A stretch of DNA of 34,377 nt from a virus (taxonomy: Duplodnaviria; Caudoviricetes), in IMG/VR virus record IMGVR_UViG_3300037603_000033, positions 1 through 34,377 of that record. One strand, written 5' to 3'. Of this stretch, positions 18,189 to 25,903 are shown one piece after another. The translations under genes were made by a program, and so were the position numbers. How positions within the stretch are numbered: the stretch's first letter is position 1; every line of letters starts with the position of its first letter. The notes below the pieces were generated by a model. It searched no databases. It saw only the letters and a list, made by a program, of their open reading frames with translations, and was not told the origin of the DNA.

Positions 18189-19716
18189 TGCCCTGCCCTC
18201 CTTTGGATTTTGCTGTGATCAACGCCTCGATGACGTTTTCGGGAATCTTGGCCTCCCGCATGGCCGCGATGTCGGCGGCGATTTCGCCGTAAACCTCGCG
18301 CGGATCGCGGCCGCGCTCGCGGATCACCTGGCCGCGGGACTTGAACAAATTGTCGACGGCCTCCGCGTCGGCCTTCACGTCCTTGGCCGGATCGATCCAC
18401 TGCCAGCGCCGCGGCTGGAACCGTACCGCCATGAACTTCGACCGCTTGGCTGCGGGCAGCGGAGATCCGTTGTCCAGGGTGATACGGTTGCTCAAAAGCG
18501 CATGTGCCAGCCACTGCTCATAGACCGGCAGCGCGAAGGCCTCGATCAGGCTTTCCTGCAGTTCCTGCCATTGGTCCCGCTCGCTCAGCACCCCGTGCCG
18601 GATGCTGGACAGGTTCACGCCTTCCAGATCATTCGCCAAATCATTGTAGGCAACCCCGAGCGCAGACGCCGCGCCGCGTAGCATGTGCTTGGAAAACACT
18701 GCCAGCTCGCCATTCGGGTACTGGCTTTCCACCTTTTTCATGCGCGCACCGCCGGGCATCTGATGGTAGATCCCGCTCTCGCTTTCGAATTCGATCTCTT
18801 CGAAGGTTTCGCCTTCCTCGCCATCCTCGATCGCCGGGCCATACCCCTCGTCCCACTCGATCACGCCGACCTTGTTGGCGCCTTCGCGGGCGTTGTTCAG
18901 GGCGCTGCGCTCGAACTCGCCCAGCTGACGCATGCGCAGAAGCGCTGTGGCCATCCAGGGCAAGCCCCGTTTCTGGCCCACAAAATCCTCTTCAAACCAA
19001 TGAATGATTTCATCGGCTGGCACTCGGATGAACGCCCGCCCGGAATAGTGGTAATCCGCCTGCGACGGTTCCAGCGTGGTGAAGTAATAGGCCACAGGGC
19101 GGCCCATTTTGCTGTATTCGATCCCAGCCCGGATGAAGCGCCCGCCGGGCCGCTTTTCCTCGTCGAAATCCACCGGGCACAGAACCGGATCGAGCACCTG
19201 CAGAGCAAAGCCCCAAGGCCCGGCATCGCGCCCATAGACCAGGCGCACCATGAACTCGCCATCGGTGCAAAGACCGTTCACCAGTGTTTTCTGAATTTGG
19301 CGGAAGGTGCGGCGGCCTTTCACGTCGCAGTTGCGGGCCTTGCACCAGTTGAGCCAGGCCGCCTCGATCGCCTTGTTTGCGCCTGCGTCTGGCTTGCCAT
19401 CTCCCTCGGACACCTGCGCTTGCAGCACCAGCCCCTTTTGGCCGATCAGATTGCGGCGCGCGCTCGCCTTGAAAGCCTTGGCATAGCCGTTGTTGGCTGC
19501 CTGCTCGCGCGAACGCGCCACCAGCACCCGCCAATTGCGGCGGATGATCTGATCAGCAGGCATGGGCGTGTTGGTCCAACCGCTGGTCATGCGGTCAGTT
19601 TCAGCCGCGGCAAACATGCGCTGCCCCCGGCGGCGCGGTGCCATCAGCATCGGCGGCGTGCGACGGTCCTGCTGCGCCTCGACCGGCGCTGATCGCTTGA
19701 ACCAGTTTCTGATCAT
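18115..19716 (-). CDS. Portal protein, lambda family
   Basis: LVARSREQAANNGYA, DGEFMVRL, GQKRGLPW, DLEGVNLSSIRHG, WQWIDPAKD. Confidence 0.96.
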   Translation of the reverse strand: MIRNWFKRSAPVEAQQDRRTPPMLMAPRRRGQRMFAAAETDRMTSGWTNTPMPADQIIRRNWRVLVARSREQAANNGYAKAFKASARRNLIGQKGLVLQAQVSEGDGKPDAGANKAIEAAWLNWCKARNCDVKGRRTFRQIQKTLVNGLCTDGEFMVRLVYGRDAGPWGFALQVLDPVLCPVDFDEEKRPGGRFIRAGIEYSKMGRPVAYYFTTLEPSQADYHYSGRAFIRVPADEIIHWFEEDFVGQKRGLPWMATALLRMRQLGEFERSALNNAREGANKVGVIEWDEGYGPAIEDGEEGETFEEIEFESESGIYHQMPGGARMKKVESQYPNGELAVFSKHMLRGAASALGVAYNDLANDLEGVNLSSIRHGVLSERDQWQELQESLIEAFALPVYEQWLAHALLSNRITLDNGSPLPAAKRSKFMAVRFQPRRWQWIDPAKDVKADAEAVDNLFKSRGQVIRERGRDPREVYGEIAADIAAMREAKIPENVIEALITAKSKGGQGNGQAADPEAGNTGEGADQGNPNTS

Positions 19717-20237
19717 CGCATCCGCACCTTGATGACGCTGCCGAAGCCCCGGCGCGCTTTCTTTTTCGCGGCCAGTTCGGCGCGATAGCGGGCGCGCAGC
19801 TGCAGCAGCTCGCTCAGCGGCGTGCGCTGCAATGACCGGTTGTTGATTTGATAGCTCTGCTGATCAATGGTCGCGCGGTTCTCGATCACCGCCTCGATCG
19901 CATCCAGCACCTTCTGAACATGATCCCGGCTATCGAAGTTTTCGCCTTGAGCTAGCAGATCCGGCGCAATGATCAGCTCGCCACGTTCGACCCGGCGCAC
20001 GTCCGAGCCATCCGTCGCCCGGATCTCATAGGCATAGCGCCCAGGCTGCCAAGCCGCTGTGACCGCGGCTGCGGCCTCGAATAGATGGTCGACACCTTCG
20101 GCGCTGCTGGCGAGATCGACAACCGACTTGCCCCGCAGGTGCAGGGTCAGCGACCACTCTGGCGCTGGCAGGCTTGGCAGCTCAACCACTGCGCGGAAGG
20201 TCAGCCCCGCCTCGATTTCCTTTGGAATTCCGCCCAC
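19713..20237 (-). CDS. Head completion / adaptor protein (C-terminus lambda gpW-like)
   Basis: Between terminase and portal; LDAIEAVIENRA...SYQINNRSLQRTPLSELLQLRARY. Confidence 0.75.
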   Translation of the reverse strand: MGGIPKEIEAGLTFRAVVELPSLPAPEWSLTLHLRGKSVVDLASSAEGVDHLFEAAAAVTAAWQPGRYAYEIRATDGSDVRRVERGELIIAPDLLAQGENFDSRDHVQKVLDAIEAVIENRATIDQQSYQINNRSLQRTPLSELLQLRARYRAELAAKKKARRGFGSVIKVRMR

Positions 20238-20250
20238 GTTCTCGCCCTAT

Positions 20251-22197
20251 TCAGTGCCTGCGCCGCCGACGCCGCTTGGCCGCCCAACCGCGCTTTTTCG
20301 CAGGCTCGCCTGTCGGCGCCTCTGGTGCCTCTGGCGGTTTTCCGTTTGGCACCGGATCAGGCTGATCCGCAGGGGTGTCCTCGACCTCCTGGCCCAGCTC
20401 TTCCAAGGCGCGCACCAGGCGGGCAATGTTGGGGTTCAAGATGCGCAGCGCGGCATAGGCGTAGACGCGGCAGTCAAAGGCCTCGTTTCTCGGGCGCACG
20501 TTGTGCCATTCTCGGACGGCGAAGCCTTTCACAAAGCGGGTGCGCAGCGCCTCGGCTGTAAACATGTCGAACCAGGCCGGATCACGCCCAAGCGGAAAGT
20601 GACAATAACCCTTGCCCGGCTCCGAGATCCGCGCGCGCTGCGCCACAACGACCTTTGCCTCGTCCACGCCGATCGGGTGCAGATGCACAGGACGCTCGCC
20701 ACGCTGCCGGATCTTCGTCGGCGCGGTGACGATCGGGCGGCCCCAGCCGCCAACCCCCTTGATCGGAAACACCTTCCGGCCCAGCCGCTTGCGGGCGTAG
20801 TCATAGGCCGCCTGCGTATAGCCGCCGGTTGTGCCGCCGGTATCGAGACAGGCCGCAGAGATCCGCAGCTCGGTTCCCGTTTCATGGGTCCAGATCTCCG
20901 ACAGCAGATCGTCGAGTTCCTGCCAGACATCCGGCAGCAGCGGGTCGCCCCACAAGGTCCGGTAATCGACCGACCAGGACTCCTCGCCCAAGCCCCAGCC
21001 CACCACCTCAACCTCGAGGCGGTCGGTCTGCATGTCGATGCCAGCAGTCAGCACGCCTGCACCCATTGGCACCGGTGCCGCGAACTTTTCCGCCCGCTTC
21101 ATCAGCACCCCAGCCTCGAGTCGGTCGCCTTCCTCTTCCCAAGTCTCGGCAAGCGACACGTTCACAAATGTCTGCAGATCCCCGGCGGCCTTCTTGTCGA
21201 GGAAAGATTGCACGATGTCTTTCAGCCGCCGGAAACAGCTGTAAAGCTCAGACAGATGATAGGAGGCATGCCCACGAAACGGCTTCTTTGCGATCCAGCC
21301 GCCGCCTTCGCGCTCAGCATTTCGGATCGCCGCCACCCGCTCCCCATCATTCCACGCGGTGCCGCATCCTTCCCCCTCGCAAAGGTAGGTCGCCGTCTCT
21401 GGCAGGTGGTCGCCGTTTTCGTCCTTTTCCCAATTCACCTGCGACCATTTCAGGGTTTGCACATGGCCGCAGTGCGGGCAGGCCACATGGAAATGCCGCT
21501 GATCGCCTTCCAGAAACGCTGTCTCGATCCAGCTTGCACCCCTCAGCGTCGGCGTGCTGATTTCCAGCAGCAGACGCTGGTCGCCAAAGGTCGCCGCCCG
21601 CTGCCACAGCAGCCCTACCGGGTGGCCTTCTTGGGTGCGGTCATAGCCATCGGTCTCATCGCAGACGATGAACGGCGCCGACCGGCCGCGCATGGTCTTC
21701 GGCGACCCTGACCAGCTGAACATGAGAAACCCGCCGGGATAGCTCTTCATGCGCTGGTTGTTGACGCCATCCCGCCCGCGCGGCTTGGCGATCAGCTCCT
21801 GCATGTCGGTATTGGCATCGACCAGCGGATTGAATTTGGTTTCAAGCCAGGTGGTCAGGTCGCCCTGGCTCGGTTGCATCATCATTTGCGACACCGGGTC
21901 AAAGGCGATCCGATAGGCCTGCGCCGCCAGCGCCGTTTGTGTCTTGCCCACCTGCGCGCCCCACATCAGGGTGACCCGCTCGCAACGCGGATCCGCGGTC
22001 ATGTCCACCACTTCCCGCTGATAAGGGGCATTGTCGAAACGCAGCGGACCCGGCACGGCATTGCCGACCGGGATCTGAATATTCGCCTCGGCCCATTCCG
22101 AAGGCTTCAGCTTGGGCGGCGGCCGCAGAAAAGCGCGGGCCCGGCGCGATGCGCGAATGATCGCGCGGGCATTGGAGAAATCAGCCCGGGCGTTCAC
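20251..22197 (-). CDS. Terminase large subunit, lambda GpA family
   Basis: APYQRE, Walker A GAQVGKT, Walker B IVCDETD, ISTPT, CPHCG, TAGIDMQ, RNEAFDCRVYA. Confidence 0.97.
   Translation of the reverse strand: MNARADFSNARAIIRASRRARAFLRPPPKLKPSEWAEANIQIPVGNAVPGPLRFDNAPYQREVVDMTADPRCERVTLMWGAQVGKTQTALAAQAYRIAFDPVSQMMMQPSQGDLTTWLETKFNPLVDANTDMQELIAKPRGRDGVNNQRMKSYPGGFLMFSWSGSPKTMRGRSAPFIVCDETDGYDRTQEGHPVGLLWQRAATFGDQRLLLEISTPTLRGASWIETAFLEGDQRHFHVACPHCGHVQTLKWSQVNWEKDENGDHLPETATYLCEGEGCGTAWNDGERVAAIRNAEREGGGWIAKKPFRGHASYHLSELYSCFRRLKDIVQSFLDKKAAGDLQTFVNVSLAETWEEEGDRLEAGVLMKRAEKFAAPVPMGAGVLTAGIDMQTDRLEVEVVGWGLGEESWSVDYRTLWGDPLLPDVWQELDDLLSEIWTHETGTELRISAACLDTGGTTGGYTQAAYDYARKRLGRKVFPIKGVGGWGRPIVTAPTKIRQRGERPVHLHPIGVDEAKVVVAQRARISEPGKGYCHFPLGRDPAWFDMFTAEALRTRFVKGFAVREWHNVRPRNEAFDCRVYAYAALRILNPNIARLVRALEELGQEVEDTPADQPDPVPNGKPPEAPEAPTGEPAKKRGWAAKRRRRRRH
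20328..20343 (-). promoter_or_regulatory. Late-promoter motif copy in the 3' end of terL, upstream of the adaptor/portal genes
   Basis: GGAAAACCGCCAGAGG with a GAGCCT hexamer at the same spacing as the sheath and capsid copies. Confidence 0.6.
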
Positions 22198-22748
22198 TCA
22201 CCTTTCGCCCCCTCATCCTCTTCGACCTCGCCGCCTTCGATGTCTTCCTCGAAGATCAGATCATTGTCGGCCAGCGCGGTCAGCGCCTGGTCAACCTCTT
22301 CCAGCAACACTTCCTTGAAGGCGGTTTCGTCGGTCTCTCCAATCAGGCGCCGGGCGGCCCGGCTCGGCACCACGTTACGCAGGCCTGCCCGCACCTCGCC
22401 GAAAGCCTTCTGCAAGGCGCGCTCGAGCTGCTCGACCGGCACCACCTGTTCCCGGGCCTTGGCGAGATCCAGCTCGGCCTGTTCGGTCTCGGCTGCCAGC
22501 TTGCGCAAGATCAGCTGTTCTTTGGTGGCGCTGGGGCCATGGTCGGCCTGCGCCCGGATGTCATCATCCCGCCAGCTGCGCACCTCGGCGGTGTTGAACT
22601 TCCAGGCCCGTCCGCGCCCGCCGCGCTGCACCACCGGGCAACCCCGGCGCACCCACTCGTCGACGGTCGGCAGCGACACCCCGTTGATTTCCGCAAGCTC
22701 GGCGCGGTTTACTTCCCTGCCCCGTACTTTCTTTTTATTCACAGCCAC
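22194..22748 (-). CDS. Terminase small subunit, lambda Nu1-like
   Basis: Winged HTH VNRAELAEINGVSLPTVDEWVRRGCP...FNTAEVRSW, then a coiled coil; overlaps the terL start. Confidence 0.93.
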   Translation of the reverse strand: MAVNKKKVRGREVNRAELAEINGVSLPTVDEWVRRGCPVVQRGGRGRAWKFNTAEVRSWRDDDIRAQADHGPSATKEQLILRKLAAETEQAELDLAKAREQVVPVEQLERALQKAFGEVRAGLRNVVPSRAARRLIGETDETAFKEVLLEEVDQALTALADNDLIFEEDIEGGEVEEDEGAKGE

Positions 22749-22863
22749 TTGCGCCCATCCTTATAAAAATCGCCCAAACGGGCCGAGACCTCGTAACTTT
22801 ATTTTCTCAGTTGGATTTGTCGTTTCGCGTCAGCAGCTTGCGCGGGCTATATAATAAACAACC

Positions 22864-23307
22864 CTATCCCCCGGCCCCACGCACAAATGATTTTTTGCGC
22901 ATACGCGAACCCACATGGCGTTCCCCCCTGGGAAGGACCCGTGAAAGCACTCGGCGGAGGACAGACGCCGCCGCGCCGCCGATCTGCGCAGGTGTCGGCA
23001 GCAGCCAACCAGCCAGGGCCGCCAGCAGCAGCCAGGGCGGCGGGTCTTCCTGCACGACGATGGTCTGCACACTGTCGCTGCGCACGCTCGTGCGGCCTGC
23101 GCTTTGCTCAATGCTGCGCGCCTGCGGTCTGATGATCCGTTGATCGGAGAACTCGGCCTGCCCCACCGTTTGCGCGTTGGTGCGCCCGGCCTGCACATTC
23201 GCTGCCAAGTTTGGGCTGCCTCCGATAGCGCCCGCCAGTTTCCCGGCCACCGATCCACAGGCCGCCAGAGCTAGACAGAGACAAAGGCCCGGCAGCAAGC
23301 GCATCAT
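22864..23307 (-). CDS. Unimolecular spanin (lipoprotein with C-terminal TM helix)
   Basis: Lipobox LAAC after a hydrophobic signal; polar beta-rich middle; PPPWLLLAALAGWLLPTP TM segment; directly after the endolysin. Confidence 0.75.
   Translation of the reverse strand: MMRLLPGLCLCLALAACGSVAGKLAGAIGGSPNLAANVQAGRTNAQTVGQAEFSDQRIIRPQARSIEQSAGRTSVRSDSVQTIVVQEDPPPWLLLAALAGWLLPTPAQIGGAAASVLRRVLSRVLPRGERHVGSRMRKKSFVRGAGG
22896..22940 (-). other. Putative lambda-like cos site (cosQ + cosN)
   Basis: GGGTCCT (identical to lambda cosQ) at 22940-22934, then 22 nt to a 12-mer GGTTCGCGTATG flanked by quasi-symmetric TGTG/CGCA; about 150 bp upstream of terS. Confidence 0.65.
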
Positions 23308-24035
23308 GCCGCCCGAGCAACCGCTTCAAGGCACATGTTGCGCTCGGACAGCCGCCGGTTTGTAAGCCCCCGCCACACCCTGCCACCAGCCCGATTCCAG
23401 CGCGGAAGTTCATGGCAGGCACCGACCAGGTCGCCCGCATTGGCTTTGCGAACCAGCGTCGAGCGGCAGGCCGCGCCTGCCCCGACATTGTAAGTCCAGG
23501 ACACAAGCGCAATCTTCATGCCGACCGGCACATCGGCGGTCAGGCAGCGATCCAATGCGGCTTCATAGCGCCCGATCTCTTGCGCGAGCATCTGGTCGCA
23601 TTCCGCCTTGGTGTGGCTGTCGCCCGGCTTCACACCCTTGGTCTCGCCGTAGCAGACCGTCCAGACGCCTACCACGTCCTGATAGGCAGAGGTCCGCAAC
23701 CCTTCCCATTGCCCGATAAAGGTGACCGCGGCGGCCAGTGCAACGCCACCAGCGCCCAGGACGCCGACGCTGCGCCGGGACACCGAGCCGCTGTCATCGG
23801 TCCGGAACTCCCTCAGCATGCCGGACAAACCCGCCTGTGCGATTAGCCGCGCTGGGATGGCCAATGCGTTCACCAAGGCAGCCAGCGCGGCAAAGACGAT
23901 GGGATCGATACCCAACAGGCCGGGCGACACCAGCGAAACAAACACCGGCGCGGCCGAGATCAGACACGCCAGCGCGATCAGCCGCACCGACCACGCACCT
24001 GTAAGCGTTTGTTTCCAGTTTTCGATGAGGGTCAT
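23304..24035 (-). CDS. Endolysin (GH24 lysozyme, SAR-like) fused to an N-terminal 2-TM holin-like domain
   Basis: Catalytic E-X8-D-X5-T in WEGLRTSAYQDVVGVWT, CYGET, YNVGAGA, GLTNRR; N-terminal ~70 aa MTLIENWKQ...AWSVRL...ARLIAQ with two hydrophobic helices. Confidence 0.9.
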   Translation of the reverse strand: MTLIENWKQTLTGAWSVRLIALACLISAAPVFVSLVSPGLLGIDPIVFAALAALVNALAIPARLIAQAGLSGMLREFRTDDSGSVSRRSVGVLGAGGVALAAAVTFIGQWEGLRTSAYQDVVGVWTVCYGETKGVKPGDSHTKAECDQMLAQEIGRYEAALDRCLTADVPVGMKIALVSWTYNVGAGAACRSTLVRKANAGDLVGACHELPRWNRAGGRVWRGLTNRRLSERNMCLEAVARAA

Positions 24036-24077
24036 GACAATGCTCTCCTTTCACCCCGCCACCGGGGCTTTGCCCGG

Positions 24078-24326
24078 TCACTTTCGATGAAGGATTTCGC
24101 GGATCTCACCGCGCATCTCGCGCACGTCCTGGCGCACCTCGGCCAGCGCTTCGCGGTCCTCGTCGCGGCGTTCGTCCCGCACCTCGATCTCGCGCTGCAA
24201 AAGCTCGATCTGCTGCTGATTTGTGAAGATGCGGCGCACCAACCAAAGCCCACCGGAGCTTGCAGCCGCCAGTGCTGTGACCGCCAGCCCGGTCGAAGCC
24301 TGTTCAATGCGTTCGATTAGCGTCAT
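24078..24326 (-). CDS. Single-TM coiled-coil protein, putative holin/antiholin
   Basis: GLAVTALAAASSGGLWLV TM plus a charged coiled-coil tail; first gene of the lysis cassette. Confidence 0.6.
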   Translation of the reverse strand: MTLIERIEQASTGLAVTALAAASSGGLWLVRRIFTNQQQIELLQREIEVRDERRDEDREALAEVRQDVREMRGEIREILHRK

Positions 24327-24379
24327 GCGCGCGCCCTTATGCTCGTTTTGAGAACTCTCTTGCGCATAAGTTTTGGTCA

Positions 24380-24396
24380 CCTCTGGCGGTTTTTCC
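24380..24396 (-). promoter_or_regulatory. Late-promoter motif copy upstream of the lysis cassette
   Basis: GGAAAAACCGCCAGAGG about 55 bp upstream of ATG 24326. Confidence 0.7.
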
Positions 24397-24783
24397 GCTG
24401 AAACCGCGGTTGTACCCGCAGTTCTACTCTGGAAGTTCCCGTGCCTCGGTAATCCGACTCAGCATTTCCGCATGTGCCTCCGGTGACAATGTGACCTCGA
24501 ATGTAGGCTTGGGCATCGGAACCACCCCGGCGGCCGATCATTGTTGTCAGGCAGTCTGACCTGCTGCACTTCAATCACCTGCATGGCGCCTACCCCTCGT
24601 TACCTGGATGTGAGGAGACGCCGCAACGGTGGCTCCGGACACAGCCAAGAGCCTAGCCAGAACTATTCGCTGGCGCGCCTACGAGTAGAAGTGCGCAGGT
24701 GGAAGAATTTTTCGTTTGAAAGCCTCTTTCCTTCCACCTATGCTACCACCCAAATCAATACAATAAGATACTGAGGTGAATGA

Positions 24784-25893
24784 ATGGCCGATAGCGATGG
24801 AATGGATAAAGATTTCGTCCATCTGGCAAGGGTGGCACTGTCGGGACGCACTCAAGACGTCCAAACTTACCTGCATCGGATTGCGAAGCGCCGCGATCTG
24901 AATAAGGAATTTTCGGGCGCCTTGATAGAGCTACTTCGTAAAAACCCAACTCGCTCATCTCCCCTGCGCAAGGGCATGGAGAATGCTCTGCCAACCGACA
25001 CGGATTCTCGCTTCCAGCTGTTACGGGTTGAGGAAACACCATTCCTACAAATGGAGCCAGTCTACACAGCGCGGGTCCAGGGCACATTGTCCCGCCTGGT
25101 TGAGGAGCGGCAAAACCTCGGTGCATTGCTGGAAGCCGGACTGGAACCGACACGAACAGTGCTATTCACAGGCCCTCCCGGCGTCGGGAAGACGCTGGGC
25201 GCACGTTGGGTCGCCCGGGAACTTGGCCTCCCACTCATTATCCTCGATCTGTCCGCGGTAATGAGCAGCTATCTCGGACGCACTGGATCAAATTTGAGGC
25301 ATGTGCTGGACTACGCGAAGTCCTTTGATTGTGTTCTTCTGCTTGATGAGCTGGACGCGATCGCAAAACGCCGCGACGATTCCGGAGAGATCGGAGAGCT
25401 TAAGCGCCTAGTCACAGTTTTGCTTCAGCAACTCGACGATTGGCCTTCTTCAGGCCTGCTCATTGCAGCGACCAACCATTCCGATCTACTTGATCCCGCA
25501 GTATGGCGCCGCTTCGAACAACCTGTTGACTTCGCTCTGCCCGAGGAAGCGGGGATACGGGCTTTTCTGGGGGCTCTGTTTGAAGAAGTCGCACCGGATA
25601 TGTCCGCCTGGGTCGACATTCTATCGGTCTCTTTGCTCGGGCGGTCCTATAGTGATATCGAACGAGAAGTCACCCTTGCACGCCGCTCAGCCGCACTAAG
25701 CGGCAAAAATTTGGATCATTACCTTTCTCAGCTCGTCGCGACTGACGAGCACTCGAAACAAGAGCGCATCGAAATCGCAGTCCGGCTGGTCAGAAATGGC
25801 CTAGCAACCCAGCGAAAAGCGCATGAAATCACGGGAGTCGCGCGCGACACGATCCGCACTCATTTAAAAAACGAAGCAGTTTTAGAGGTTTGA
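24784..25893 (+). CDS. ietA: AAA+ ATPase of an IetAS-type ATPase/protease system
   Basis: Walker A GPPGVGKT, SSYLGRTGSNL, Walker B LLLDELD, GELKRLV, AATNH, LDPAVWRRF; C-terminal HTH-like TQRKAHEITGVARDTIR; directly upstream of an S8 peptidase. Confidence 0.88.
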   Translation: MADSDGMDKDFVHLARVALSGRTQDVQTYLHRIAKRRDLNKEFSGALIELLRKNPTRSSPLRKGMENALPTDTDSRFQLLRVEETPFLQMEPVYTARVQGTLSRLVEERQNLGALLEAGLEPTRTVLFTGPPGVGKTLGARWVARELGLPLIILDLSAVMSSYLGRTGSNLRHVLDYAKSFDCVLLLDELDAIAKRRDDSGEIGELKRLVTVLLQQLDDWPSSGLLIAATNHSDLLDPAVWRRFEQPVDFALPEEAGIRAFLGALFEEVAPDMSAWVDILSVSLLGRSYSDIEREVTLARRSAALSGKNLDHYLSQLVATDEHSKQERIEIAVRLVRNGLATQRKAHEITGVARDTIRTHLKNEAVLEV

Positions 25894-25903
25894 ACCGGCA
25901 GCT

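Noticed and set aside
20284-20298. KKRGW at the terminase C-terminus resembles the cassette motif K(K/R)GW (possible mimicry)
   Set aside because: Four-residue match without the GPxQP part; readily explained by chance and not supportable without homolog alignments
16146-21711. Long + strand ORFs (690, 335 and 550 aa; likewise 4892-6022, 14275-15636, 21874-22854)
   Set aside because: Antisense shadows of well-supported capsid, portal, terminase and tail genes in GC-rich DNA; no motifs or RBS
2202-22748. Gene transfer agent or tailocin
   Set aside because: Integrase, cos-type terminase, capsid, replication initiator and switch genes together indicate a true prophage
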